A stretch of 62,936 bases of DNA, counting the filler, from Platydemus manokwari (taxonomy: Eukaryota): assembly GCA_037951405.1 (NCBI GenBank). It is 6 parts of 6 records of this genome, joined end to end, with 100 filler letters (N's around TTAATTAATTAA, not from the genome) between each part and the next. Parts side by side here need not be neighbours in the genome. Positions count along the whole stretch, not along the records: positions 22,058 to 34,714 come from JBBMOY010024458.1; positions 34,815 to 44,421 come from JBBMOY011226210.1; 4 more parts are not named here. The stretch is one strand, 5' to 3'. Every line of letters starts with the position of its first letter. Position 1 is the first letter of the stretch. Shown here piece after piece: positions 24,296 to 38,453 of this stretch. Position numbers and translations under genes: made by a program. The notes beneath the pieces are model-generated. The model saw only the letters and a program-made list of their open reading frames with translations. It had not been told where the DNA came from and searched no databases.

Positions 24296-27200
24296 TTGTG
24301 GAATCACTGCCAGAAAACTTGCTTTACAACCCAGATAGTGGTGAAATCTGTTCAAATCAGATTTTATGTTCCAATACGACTTGGGGTCCGTTTGATGTAG
24401 ACAAATCGCCGGTGGATCTAAATTCAGTAACTAAAATTTCTAGATCTGAATTCATTCTTAATTTTTATTATAATTTTTTTTTATTTGTAGACCAATTCAT
24501 TGTTATGGTCGAATGTTAGTTGTGGGGTTGAATGGGCTAATTTTCTTATAGAAAACTCAATTCAAAAGTTGGCTTTTAATATACCCGATGAAGACTGTAA
24601 TATCAAAATAATTTTTAGCAGTAAGTGTTTATTCTTTGTTTTGTTTGTATTTCAAAATTTCCATTGTGTAAACAGGCTTTGTTGAATTTTAATATATCAA
24701 TTAATTTTTAATGAATAAATTTATTATCTTATCTGTTTCTTTTTTTCTATGGACAATTTCTTATCAGTTGACTTATTTCAGTTAATCTAATAAATATTTT
24801 AGAAAAGGAACTTCAAGTTCTTGTTTCAACGACAAAGGAATTGGAATTTAACAACGAACTGAAGTGTAGCTTGACTATTGTTGATCAGTTACCTAGTAAG
24901 AGCCAACCTACCTCCGACCTTCCTGTAGATAGTGATCAAAGCAGTAAGAAATTGTATATTAATTAATGATTAATAAAGAAATGCACCCTTTACAGTTTCA
25001 ATAAATTTGTCAATTATTATTATTCAATTGATTCTTAATCAAAACGTATTTATATGTTTGCCAATGTTGACTAAATTTGTTTTCCACCAATAATATTGAA
25101 GTATTTTGAAATTTTTTTAGGTATTTACTTATATTTATTAATTAATTATTATTTAATTAAATTATAATGCTAATATTGATCCATTTTTCATGGTGTGATT
25201 ATTAAATATATACATACGTGGATAATTTCTTTCACTAAATTTTATCTCTAAGTATTGTTATACATCGGTTAATATTATTTAACAGCAGCAATTTGGATTT
25301 TGTCATTTTTGTATATTTATTCTTGAAAAAACTTGAAAATGAAAGAAAACTAATGTTTCGTATTGAAAAAAAATCACCGAAAAGTCATGCTAGTGTAAAA
25401 TCATATTCAATATGATACAAATTTTTTACCACAACCGTTCGATTGGCATGGAGAATTAAATAAAATTGCAAATAATAATGATTTGTAATGTCTTTACTAT
25501 CAAAATCGTCATAACACAGATACATCAATCATGGAATGATTTGGAATCGATTATTTGAATTTGTTTTTTCATATAATTCGTTTTGTTATAAGTTTGATTG
25601 TAGATTATCAGTAATTGATGAGATTATTCACCGATAAACCACTTCTAAATGATAAAAAACAATTTTCGTTTGTTATCTTTTAAAATATTTTATCGGTTTA
25701 ATTTTAAATTTATATCGTGGAATATAAACTGTAATTCCATTTCCATGTAGAATATTATGATTTGAAAAATAATAATCAAGTTAGGAAGTTTAAAACAGAC
25801 TATTGAGTGAATTTTAATTATCTAAAATGGTGATATAATAAAATTGTAAGCTTGAGTTGAGCTTCAGTCAATTGAATATTGATAAGATTATTGATAACGA
25901 TCTGTTTAAAGTATGCTTGATTTTATAGGTTACTTATGAGTAATATAAAAATAAATTTGTATCATCAGAACATAAGTAAAAAATTTTATACATTTTATTT
26001 ATTGCGCTTAAATATCGATTAATCTTAAACACGGAATGAATTCTTAACAGAATATTATTCAGACGAAAAAATGACGAAAACTTGTAAATATTGCGGAATC
26101 AATTTCTCTCATCAATTTACACTCGAAGCACATATGACCTACTATTGTTCAAGACGACAGAACACAATGTCCGAAGTTAATAATGGGCCAAAATTCCAAA
26201 GTAAATTTAATTCTAATCTTAATAAATTCACGTGTATCGTTTAAACTCAGAAACGTGGAGGACACGTCAAAGGAATAAGCAATCGACTTATTCAAAAATA
26301 AATAACGATGGAGCTTCATTTAAATTTTTTTGCGATGAAGCCAATAAATTGAAAAATATTGATCGAAACGTTTCAACGAAGATCATGATGAATTCTGCAT
26401 TTAACAATTCAGACAACAATCAAATGGAAAACCAGCTGAATTTAAATTCGAATCCTCTCATAATCAATTCTTCTGTAAATAAAAAATCAATCTTGCAACC
26501 GACGATATTGTCGAATGGAAATACTTGCAATTCAAACAATATAAACACCAAGTCAAATGAAACGGAAAAGAATCGAAATCATACGTCAAACAATAGTGAT
26601 TCGGAACCAGAAAATGGTTCGTCAGTAAACTTGTTTTTCTGTGCCCCGTGTGGCCTATTTTTTTCGAGTAAAGATTTATACAATATTCATTTACAATTGG
26701 ATTCTACAAGTTTGCAATTATCGGCAGCAAAATGCAATTCATTGGTTCTAGCTGCACCATTAATCAATAATAACGGAATACAATATGTTCCCATTCATCC
26801 ACGAACAGCAGTTCTCAACCCATTAAATAACAATTCTGTCAAACTTCAACAACATTATAAATCAAACAATTTTGAAGATCCATCAACTGCAATTCCACTA
26901 GATTTATCAATGAATAATACTTCCTCGAAATCACCAATGAGCCTAGCCAACGATAGAGTACAAATTGATGTTGCTAGTAGAATTGCTGCTGCTGCAGTAA
27001 CTCTAGGTCTTCCCAACTGCAATCAGATGATGCGATCAAATAAACGACCTTTTCTTTGTCCACATTGCCAAACTCGATTTCAATTATACAGTACATTTCA
27101 GGCCCATCAAGAATTCTACTGCCAAGGCAAACGACAGCAGACAGATATTTCTACTTCAGAAAAACGAAGTAGAACAGCGAGTAATAATTCTGGACCATTG

Positions 27201-27542
27201 GAATTCGATGCAAATATTCAAAAGAATGATGACGGTAATTGGAACATATGTAACCAAGGTTTCAAATGTAATTCGTGTGGGTTTATCGGTCAGACAAAAA
27301 GAGGCATTCGCATTCATTGCAAGAATCAATGTTTTAAAAAGTAAAACAAAAATAGTTTAATTTAATAAATGTTTAATTTTTCTTTTAGTAAGCTTAAAAA
27401 TCACAAGTCAGATAACAAATCTGAAGATATCGAAGTGTGTTCTCCAACTGACGATCATAACAATATTCTTGTCAGTAACAGATCTCCCGAAAATATAGAT
27501 TTTTATCATGAGGATTCCCCTGTGAAAATAGAGCCAGTTTAA
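22762..27542 (+). CDS. ZFPM: Friend-of-GATA / U-shaped family zinc-finger protein; exons 22762-22777 (tentative), 24290-24426, 24491-24620, 24803-24943, 26051-26200, 26251-27340, 27389-27542
   Basis: PR-like domain (TTWGPF...STTKELEFNNEL); FOG-type CCHC fingers CKYCGINFSHQFTLEAHMTYYC and CPHCQTRFQLYSTFQAHQEFYC; two further finger-like motifs (CAPCGLFF..H, CNSCGF..H..C); CtBP motif PLDLS; phase-compatible GT-AG introns. First exon uncertain. Confidence 0.85.
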
Positions 27543-30391
27543 TCAATGACTATTTTTTCTTAATTGTACATCCTGTTTATACAATATATCTTTAATATCA
27601 TTAGTTGTGGTTTTCTCGGATTTATGCTGCCAATGTACGGTTTAATCGCACGAAATCGTTAATATCATTGTATGATAAATTAATCCTCTAAGCTAATTTT
27701 GTGAAAGATCTTTCAACAAATTTTAAAAATAATTATAATTTGTTGTGTGATAACCACTTTTTAAGCTTTATCAAATTGATTAAATGCTATTATTGCAGAA
27801 CATCACTGAAATTATCACACATCACCCACATTTATTAATTTAATCACAAATCTTTCAATGAATGAGTTATAAAATTATAAAATATTCGGATGTTTGACAA
27901 AACACTCGATAATATAAGAATCATCAAATGATAGAATGATATATTGATTGAATGAGCTGATGTCACTGAATTGAATGAACCATATTGAAGGATTTTTAGA
28001 GATGATAATAAAAATTTTGATTAAGTTTTCATTATCTATAAACTTGACAATAAATTGCACATTATCACAGTTATTACTTCAATTAAAATGTGCTTAAGTC
28101 ATTGATATGGTTTAAAGACCAAATTACTTTCGATAAATGAATTTATTAATATCTATTGTAGATACTTCGCTGTATGCAGAAAAAGATCTAATGGTGATGA
28201 AACTGAATTCATCTATCTTCGTGGATTTATTGACAACTAATAAATTATTATTTAACAGATAGTAGGTCACCATCAGTCATACATTATCAATTGTCATCTT
28301 CAAACATTATTATCAACAACTCATCAACATATGGCATATGCAACCACTTTCATCAATGGTAATTCTTATACCAATCATAATTCAACATTTCAATGAATAT
28401 AACAATTTATCGATTTTATAACTGTTAGGTAATTTACATTTAGTCGATAATAATTACTTATTCATTTTTTCATTGTCGTTTCACTCTGAATTTATTGCCA
28501 AATTTTATAATTTTAAAATTTAAAGAAATGATTACAAATTTGTTAGTAATAGTTATTAAAAATACTTTTGAAAATAATTCAAAATAATATCGAATTGTTT
28601 TGGAATTATCGATAGTTTGATAAATCTGTATCAATGGTAGTTTTATACGATTCTTTAAAGCATGAATTAACAGTCGGAATAAAATGTGTGACTCCGAAAA
28701 TTAAAATATAAACAGAACATCTACAAATCCAATTTTGTTCCGACATCGATTTTTAACACTGAATTAAATAAATTATTTCATTATTAAATAAATTAAAAAA
28801 TGAACAAAAATAAAATATAAAATAAATTAAGTAACCTAAAAAGGAAATAATTTATTAAAAAATAATATCTAAGCACCAAAAATAATCATCAATCCTATTA
28901 AAGCCGATGTTGTTTATAGCTGACAAATTTTGGAAATATAAGGAAAAATTATGTATCATGTGCTAAGCACACCAACGAGGGTTGCTTATAAAATAGTGTA
29001 CAAAGAACGCAGTAGTTTGCACTTTCAAGAAATGTATAAATCAAAGGTAAGAAGGATTTATTATTGTTGCCTTAATATTTTACAAGCTGATGTAGCCGTA
29101 GAGTGATTATCGTTGTATAGATCAGTCCTCCGTGCATTGCATCATGTATATTAAGAGTATTAGTGAATAAAAATATAAGTCTAACGTTGAAATATAGCAT
29201 CCAGAAAGAATTCTGAGCTGGTAGCTTAATAAAAATTTAATGGTTGTAGGTCTTTTAACTTTGTGAGGAAAAATAATTGTGAAGTCACCAGATCGTATTG
29301 AACCACGTCAGCAGCTAAGCAGGTACAGAATAAAAAAATTAAAAAAAACTTTAAATGAGATCTTCACCCTAATTGGTGTATTAATTTTCGATTCGATATT
29401 AAATCACATTAAAATAAAATATTTTTTAAATTTTTGTTGAAATTGATTTAGTTTTTCATGTTTTGTGTATTCGATACCTAATCACTCACAGAATTTACTC
29501 AGTTCTTTGACTCCATTTCATAGACCTACTTTGAGGTATCGATGCATTTATAGAACCATCACAAGTTTAATTTAGATGTCTTTATTAGATTTTATTAAAA
29601 TATACTCGAAATCAGTTAAAATTTCTTTTATCGGATTCCGTTATTATTGTCATTTTTGTCTCATGTGGATTAATAGGAAAGTATGATATGAAAGTAAAAG
29701 TTGGATTAAAGTTTTTCTAATATGATCTATGAAATATTCTGTGCGTTGTGTAGCAAATGATCAATGTGAAATATTCACTGTATATTTATTAATTCAAATC
29801 AATCAAGATCCAAAGATTTTGTTACAATACCTTAATTCAACTTAATTATTGGTATATACAAATTGTTAACTCGCACAATTTCGATTAATGTTTCGAAAGA
29901 TGAAGAAGCGGACTTACCGAGATACTCGAGTGCTTTCAAATCGTCGAATTAATTGAATTATAAAATTTAAAATATCTTTTATGATATAAAACCAATAGGT
30001 GAGCTCCTATAGGTTCTAGTTATTAATATAAACAAAAAAATCACAATTAAATACGTTTTTATCCAATAAATTTCTTTTCAATTGCTAAATGTCAATGCCA
30101 AGTATTATATTTTTTGCTCTTAAAGAATTTGTAACATCAATGGAATTTTTGTCTCAGTTTTGCGGAGATTTTATGATCATGGCTCGCCTACATATACACT
30201 GGTTTTTGAGTCTAGTTCAATTAGTTTGTTTTTAATGACTTAATATTTGCCTAAATAGTTAATATTTTCCTATCTCTGCAATCGAAAAGCTTTCGTTATT
30301 CATTTTTTTTTGCATAGAAATTGTTATTCATGAAATCAAATATGAAAGAAATAGATCGGATCAACTACTATGAAGAATGGTTTAATAGAAT

Positions 30392-33240
30392 TGTGGGGTG
30401 CAAAAGCAGCCCCAATAGATAAATAACAATATAGAAATTGTTTCTAATAAATGAGTCCATACATCTAAAAATAAATAGCCAAATTTATATTTAAATAAAT
30501 CTAAAAATAGAAGATGAATTATTAAGAAAGCTAAAAATTGTAAAAGAAAAAAATAAGAAATAAATAGAATAAATTAAATAGAAAAATAAAATAGAAATTT
30601 ATAAAAACACGAACAAGGGCAATACAAACAGCTTAAATATTCAATTCAATTACCGCAAGTTCATTTTACACAGAAAATTTTCTAATAAATATTTAAGTTA
30701 AGTTAATCAATATTTCATATGCGAATAAATAGTGAGGAGAAATTGGGGAGAAAACAGAAAATTTAATCTTGTACGAATTTTTGACAACGAAAATTGTTAA
30801 TGACAATGATGTAACTGGCGACCACACCATTCAAGAAAATGCAAAAACCATGAATCAACAGAAGAAGCGACTACTGGGGCCCTAAATTTCAATATCCGAA
30901 AATTCGATGGATGAAATGCTAATGACTTCGAAAAGTGGATAAAAGGCACACAGAGGAGTGGCTATTGATTAGTAGTCTAAATATCGACGGTGCATTCTAT
31001 TTACTTCTTTCACATTAGGCAAGTATTCTGTGGAGAATTTTTAAATTAAATGATACTTCAAAAGAGTCAGCTAAATCATTGTTTGAAGAAACATTCACAA
31101 TAAAAAATCGATAAAAGTTCACCTGTACAACAAAAAAAACTGTACAACAAACGTCGAAGCATACCAGACCCAAAAGAAGAAAGCTTGCGAGCAGACAATT
31201 GCTTCTGTTGTACAGAAATCGGATACTGCAGAAGCCACTGCCCTCTATGGCACAAGTTTTTAATATGTGGACAAGAAAGCCATAATTTCGGATCGTGCCA
31301 TTTAATACGAGATACCAACACTGAGCAGAAGGTAGAATTTGCTGTATTCAGGATGAGGTTGAGGAGCAATTTGATCCAATCGAAGACTCAGTGAAAGACC
31401 AAAGAAATCACAAAAACTCTGCCTCATACATTTCGACGGTGGGGTTTAATCAAAATATAGCAGAAAAATTCGGAATAGAAATAAATATGTAAAGATTTTT
31501 AGGAAGTGGGACGTCAGGATGTGAAGCCGCTACTGAACATCAAAATCGAATTGAAAAGTCACGATACAAAATTATGTTTAAATACAATTATTTAAACAAA
31601 TTATTATAATAATTTTATTTATAAAATCAAATCTTATACAAAATCAAATTTTATACAAAAATCAGTCTTTCAAAATTTTAATTCAATTTAAAATTCTCGC
31701 ATGGATGATCAACGTATCTGAAGTAGAGATCTTGCAGGATCGGGAGTGTCTATTACAATGCTCAATGAGAGATATCTGAAGCTAAAAATCACAGGATAGC
31801 TTGATTACGCTTAGTGGAGTATTTTAAAAGAGTGCCGAAAGTCCACTGGGGCATGCAGAAATGAATGCCGAGTGAAAAAGGAAGGAAAGAGAAACTCAGG
31901 GTTATGATTACAAAAATAATTTGCCTTGAATTCATGGGCGGTGTTGACATAATGAATGCATTTTGGATTTAGCTGAAAAGGTGGGCACAATCGATTCATT
32001 ACAATGTATAGGCAATATACAGATAAGGAAAGATTAAAACTCGGCCTGGGAATACAAGTAAAATAGGAAGACTCGTTAAGGAATATTCGGAAAATTTTCA
32101 TGACTTCAAATATCTATGCAGAACCAATATAGTGTTTTACTATCTCTTAACTACCGGTAATCCTATTAGGCAGAATCCCAGAGGACAGCCGATGCATTCA
32201 TAAGTGACAATCAAAGTTGTGGTAAAATCCTTGATCAAAATAGGAGTGATAATACCATGCGAGAGCGCTTGAAATTCACTCCTAGTCAGCTTAAATACAA
32301 ATGACAAATCCACCCGGATGTGTATCGATTACCAAAGACTCAATGGAGTAACAGAAAAATTTATCTTCCTTATGCCTGATATCCATCAACTTTTAGACTG
32401 TTTTGCAGTTGTTAGATATTTCTCCTCGTTAGATTTGGGGCAGACTCATTACCAAATTAAACACAGTTCTGGGTCCCCAGATTGCACAGCTTTTAGCATA
32501 AGAACTGAACAATACTTTTTCAACTCCCAATCGGACTAGTTACAGCACAAGCAACTTGTCAAAAGTTGTATGGATATTGTATGGATTGATCTTTAAGGTT
32601 GTTGTGGTATATTTGGATGATGTGCTGATATATGGGAAACTCAGCAAGAGCATGAGGATCTACTGGAATCCATGTTCTTCGAAAAATTGGGTCTGTAAGT
32701 CTGTAGTCTGAAAGTACCAATTCTGGATTACCCAAAAGAAAATATGATATTTGGGCTTGATATGGACGCGAATTTTTGTGCAATTGGAGCCGTTCTAAGC
32801 CATGTTACCAAAGAAGGAATATAAGTAGTTATAGTCTATGGGTCTCGAATACTCACTAGTCACGAGAGAGGATACTGCGTTACTAGGAAGGAACTTCTAA
32901 CTATCCACAAGTAGGTTATTTACTTTAGGTAATACTTTTACGGGAAGAAATTCATCGCCAGATCCGATCACAAGACTCGTGTCTTCTTGAATTGACACGG
33001 AGATCCATCAGCCTTTAATTTCAAACGTGCATTGCGGTCTTTCAGAATACGATTTATATTTAAGATACAGAGAAAGAGAGAATCACAGTAAAGAGGATAT
33101 ATTGTCTAGGATAATGGAGACGCTACGTTCCCAGTGCAAGACGAGATACGAAAGAGCAAAAACAGAGAAGCCTGAAGTCAGGTATTTGTTTAAACAAGCG
33201 ATTAACGGAAAATTTCAGTTTTCTAAATAAATCGTATGAG
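30392..33240 (+). mobile_element. Decayed Ty3/Gypsy LTR retrotransposon (gag zinc knuckles, RT, RNase H)
   Basis: TGTGGGG LTR-like start; PBS-like TGGCGACCAC at 30816; CFCCTEIGYCRSHCP and ICGQESHNFGSC knuckles; RMCIDYQRLN..FSSLDL; VVYLDDVLIYG; AIGAVLS..YGSRIL..ERGYCVTRKELL..YGKKF..SDHK. Many stops and frameshifts. Confidence 0.9.
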
Positions 33241-34714
33241 TGTTAATATCAACGTTGTAAATGAAATAAAACATGATATTCCATTTTAATTACAATCTGT
33301 TTGATACAACAAAATATTAATATAAAATATTTAAAGTAATAGTGTACTTCTTGAATTTAATGTTCATGATTTGATATTGATCACAATTATGTTATATAAT
33401 AATTCTTCAATATTTAAAAATTTATTTGGTTTGGACTCAGTACAACCAGATCATAATTAATTTTTAAAATCCTACCTTAAAATAAATCATCTTGTCTTTA
33501 GTGGTAGTTACAATTAGGCTGAACAGGAATCCTACACCTTCCGGTATAAGAATATATTAAAATTTAAACAAAAACAATTGCAGCATTAATAATTAATCGA
33601 ATTAATTTCAATTTATCTCTTTTTATTTATTTATCATTTTGTCATATTATTCCATATTGCAATTTAATTTTTACTTAATTATGTTTTATCGAAATATTTG
33701 TATTTATTTTATTAATTTGTAAGAGTTATATTTCGTTTAAAATACTGGAATCAGATTCTAATAACAATAATATTAATTTTAGCACTAATCATTAACAATT
33801 TATTTATTTTTACATGATTTGTGCACCTTTAGATACATTATCTAGAATAATATTATCCAATCCACTAGAGCATTTCTAATAAAACGAACATCATATAATC
33901 AATGATGTTATGCCTAATATAATGTAAATATAATTTATTGATTTAGATTGCCTTTTCTTCACTTATCTACTTGTTTTATATACCCTATCGATTTTTTTCG
34001 AACTTTTTTCTTTCTCTTTCGAACATTGGGACTCATTTAACTCAGTTCACATTTCCTAACTGTCTTCTAATAGCCTCTTTCTCATGTCACTTGTGCTTTT
34101 GTTTTTTTCAAAATTACTTCACTTTCCTTCTGGTTGTCTTCAAATATAATATTTTTTCCATTGTTTAGATGAGGATAGTGTCCTTTGAATTTATTTCTGA
34201 ATCTCATCCACCTCATTTGATTTACAGTTTGCATGTTGTCAGATCCTCATAATAATTTGGACTCCCCAACAGCTTGTTGGAAAAAATATGACCTGAGTTT
34301 TATGAAAACCATACATTTTTCAAATATTTTATTTTTATTTTAAGAATAAAAATAAAACAATCTAAACTAACAAAATGCGTTACCAAATATTCATCTCAAC
34401 ACTCAAGTGTGTCACTGAAACGAATTCAAAGAGTTGGAGGAAGGATATATGTAAAAGAATTTTTGATAAATTAAAATTTTATTCTCTAACAATAGTGACA
34501 ACAACTCAAATCTTAAAATTAATAATAACAACAAGATCTCCTAACAATTCAAAACTAATCAACAACATCATACTGTAAGCTGCACAATCGATAAATAATT
34601 CTTCTAATAAGCTTTCAAAAACTAGTTTGAACCTTCTATATTGGGTCTATAACTTAAAAACCGGAATTTTTTTAGAACAATTGAGTGTTTATTAAAGAAA
34701 ATCTTGTACAATTC

Positions 34715-34814
34715 NNNNNNNNNNNNNNNNNNNNNNNNNNNNNNNNNNNNNNNNNNNNTTAATTAATTAANNNNNNNNNNNNNNNNNNNNNNNNNNNNNN
34801 NNNNNNNNNNNNNN
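34715..34814. other. Artificial contig linker
   Basis: N44-TTAATTAATTAA-N44. Confidence 0.97.
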
Positions 34815-35150
34815 AAATTTGCAAGGTTGAAGTACAACATAAGGTTTCAATATAATAACAATAAATTTGATTTTAATTAATGGCGACTTAAGATATATAA
34901 TACATATATGATATCAATTGACATTCAAGCTTTTATTAGCTAATTATATTTCTTAACTATAATTAGAACGAATTCAGCTGACAAAAAATGAATATCTTAA
35001 TAAATTAATTTTCAAATTATCATTAAAATTAAAAAGGTAATTAAATTTCTTGTATTTCTACAACTAAACAAAGCACGCATAGACTATTTATAACTGTAAA
35101 AATATCCAAAATTTATTGTAAACTATCTAAACGTATTCCTAGTCGTATGT

Positions 35151-36115
35151 CTATTTTCTTAACTTAACATACAAATCTTTAAATTTGTCAAAGCCGGCCA
35201 AGACACCAGCTCCGGCAACACCTCTGAGAATATTTGCTCCTGCTCCTTTCATCAATGACATAAAGCCTTCGTTTTTCATGATTTGAACAGCACAATCTAT
35301 TGAGCCTTTATATTTTACAGCTTGCCCTGATGTCATCATCATTCGTCGTCTAATAGTATCAATTGGATAAGATATAAGTCCTGAGGTAACAGTTACACCA
35401 TATCCCAGACAGAAGCTGATCACAACACCAGCATCCTGACCAATCAATAATGGTTTGAGTGTATCATAAAATCCGAAATAACATCCTCTATATACGATTA
35501 TACCGACACATGATATAACGAAACCACGGTACAGACCAACTAAGCCATCAGACTTGAGAGTTTTTCTAGTTATAAAATCAATACTTTTAAAATTGTTCTT
35601 TGATGTTCTTACTTGTACACGTCAACCATTCCGTTAAATTGTCTCTCACCTCCCTTTTTGCTAGATTTTGCATCGTTTGCTAATCGTGTTCGACAATAAT
35701 CGAGTGAGTATACAAAAAGTAATGACATAGCACCAGCTGCTCCACCACTAGCTACATTTTTACCGAAAGCTACCATGTGCACATCGGTCTTTTTAGGATC
35801 AAACATTGCTTTAATTTGGTCTTTGAAGGCAAAATTAAGAGCTTGAGTAGGAAAGTATCTGATGCAATTAGCCAAGTTTCCTCTCCAGAATGGCATCAAT
35901 CCCTCGTTTTTAAATGTTCTCGCCGTACAATCGATTACTCCATTGTACGGTCTATCTAAAGAACCCTGTTTTAACATTTCCCCTTGATTCTGCACCAACA
36001 ACTTGACTCTTTCAATGGGAGCAGCAGCAGTCTTCGAAATAACTGCTGCAACCCCACTTAGAGCAAAATTTTCAGCAAATGATAATTCTTTAACATACTT
36101 TCCTCCTTCGCTCAT
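35151..36115 (-). CDS. Mitochondrial ADP/ATP carrier (ANT/AAC, SLC25 family); exons 36115-35613 and 35565-35151; about 305 aa
   Basis: RRRMMM signature; [54 protein letters not shown]; 47-nt GT-AG intron; probable 45-nt 5'-UTR intron at 36160-36116. Confidence 0.97.
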
Positions 36116-37092
36116 CTATATAATTTGTATAAATAAGTTACGTAATATTCTGTGGCTTACTTTAAGATGTCCGGTAGTCTTATCAAAAGTGAAACTAAAA
36201 ATAACAAATTATATATATTTTAATAAACACAAATAATTCGATATAACAATTTCTTTTATACAAATAATTTTTTAGTTATAAATTTTTTATCTTTAACACA
36301 TAATCGCAATAGGTTGATGTATAATAAATTTTGTTCATATTATCATGATTGACAAGGGTTTTCGAATTTCTACACTAATCCAAATAAATCAATAAAGAAT
36401 TCAATATTCCTGTTTGATTTTTCACTTAATACAACTCATAATAAATAAAATCGATTTACTTGTATTGATGATTTCATTTTTAAATAAAAATAGATTTGAT
36501 AACAATTTTTGAAAAAGTCAATGACAAAAGTGCATGGAAATGGAATTTTTATTTATTGTAAAACTAATCAGGATTTATGAGTCCCGATGACTAAATAGAT
36601 CCACCAAAAAGTACCATGAGCTGTTTGAAAGTCAAGATATTTGATTAACCATAGTTTAGAAATTAAGTACCGCTTCTAATGATTATTTTTATTGATTTGT
36701 GTGCTACATCAGAAACTTGTAAAAATCATTAAATCTGATAAAAATAACCAATCTGGAATTTAATATCTATTTACAGGCACTTTATAAATGACGATTATTA
36801 AAATTTTATTTCATAAAACATTTTGAGCAATTTTACAAATTCGCTTAAATTTTTTTGTAAGGAAATTTAGAGGAGTCTATCAACTGAATATAACTAAATA
36901 TAAATTATAATAATTAGGTGGAAAGAAAATTTAACAAAAGCTGATGCAATAATATGAGATAAATATATCGGAGAAGAAAAATAGAGTTATCTAATCAATG
37001 CCAAATAAATCATCCATCAAATCACCCATAATAATTGGCTTCATTAGTTTAAAATTCCCCAAGATTCATTAAAATGATTTATTAAATTTATT

Positions 37093-37650
37093 TACCAAGT
37101 ATAACCAAATTCACGCCATACTTTCAAATTTTTAATTTTATTTTTTCTATAAAAATTAACAGATAATTAATCAATAATGTACTTTCCTTTGTTGTTTACA
37201 ATTTCTTCCCGACTTTCAATAAGATTTTCAATACTCATTGGTAGAAATCACATAGTTTCGACTCGAACAATTCATGCAACAATGCTCTCAATTCTGTATA
37301 AGTATTAAACGATACTCTGCGCATATCATATGAAACGGGTCGAAAGAGGAGGAAAGCCGTATAGCAGGTTTGGCAGAAATTCCCAGTCATGAATTTGAAT
37401 AGCTTCTTTGGTCATATTGAAGATTAAAAATTTACTGTTGAATAGCCGTGTTGAACATAGTGTTTCACGTTAACTTTTTGGTTCTGTTCAAGCAAATCGT
37501 TATTAATAATCCATTCCAAGTCTCACCATATGAGCATCACCGTGTTATTCGGATGAATATCTTATTTTACGCTTGATGTAACAAGTTTATCAGAACTTAC
37601 CCGCTCCTTGAGCTGCTTCATATTGGCGTACAGACAGCATTTTATTATTT
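37093..37650 (-). mobile_element. Mariner transposase remnant (catalytic domain to C-terminus)
   Basis: Decayed CLYANMKQLKERVSS...DIHPNNTVMLIW*DLEWII..LLEQNQKVN; TKEAIQIHDWEFLPNLLY (cf. WEVLPHPPY); SIENLIESREEIVNNKGKYIID*. Confidence 0.8.
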
Positions 37651-38453
37651 GGATTTCGTCCAAATATAGCATCGTCCAGATATAGCATCCAGATATATAT
37701 ATATAAAAGTATCGAGCAGCTTTTGGGGCCTTAGAATTTTAATCAAAACCAATAAAATTTGACATTTCATTTTAATGATCTGAAAATTAACAGGTATTAA
37801 CTCGAACAGAATTCAAATTATAATCACATAATAACCATACTTATGAGCATCCATGGGAACAAATCATCGTCTAAAAGGTAGCTGATATCTGGAAACTTGG
37901 TTACAGAAACAAGTTACCTATGCCTGTCGATAAATAAATTGACTGTCAGCATCTTTCGTTTGTACTGCACTTAGGTAACATTAACATCGACTTTAGTCTT
38001 TTTCAACAATCTTTACAAAACGTCAGTATTCATATCAAAATCAGTAATGTATCATTTTGAATTCATTTTGTATTTTATGGTTATTTATCACTATCTATAA
38101 TTAATCATTGCTGTATTAAAAGGGGTATTTTGTTTTCATTTTTATGAATTTATACAAGCAAGGTTATATTTTGATATTTATTGGATTATTAGGGAAGTCA
38201 AAATCTAATTGAATATTTCATAAAATAGGGTTGATAACCAATAACACGTGTAACAGCCCCTCAATTTAGTAATAATTTAAATCACCAGATGAAACTTAAT
38301 GAACTACAACTGCCCTAATTAAAACATAAAAAGCTATCCACAAAACATCCAAAATAACAAGTTGCTCTGGCTGGATAAGCATGTAATGGACAAAATGAAA
38401 ATACGAAAAAATGTAATACTTAGCAGAAGAAATAAAATAATACTTGTAAACAT

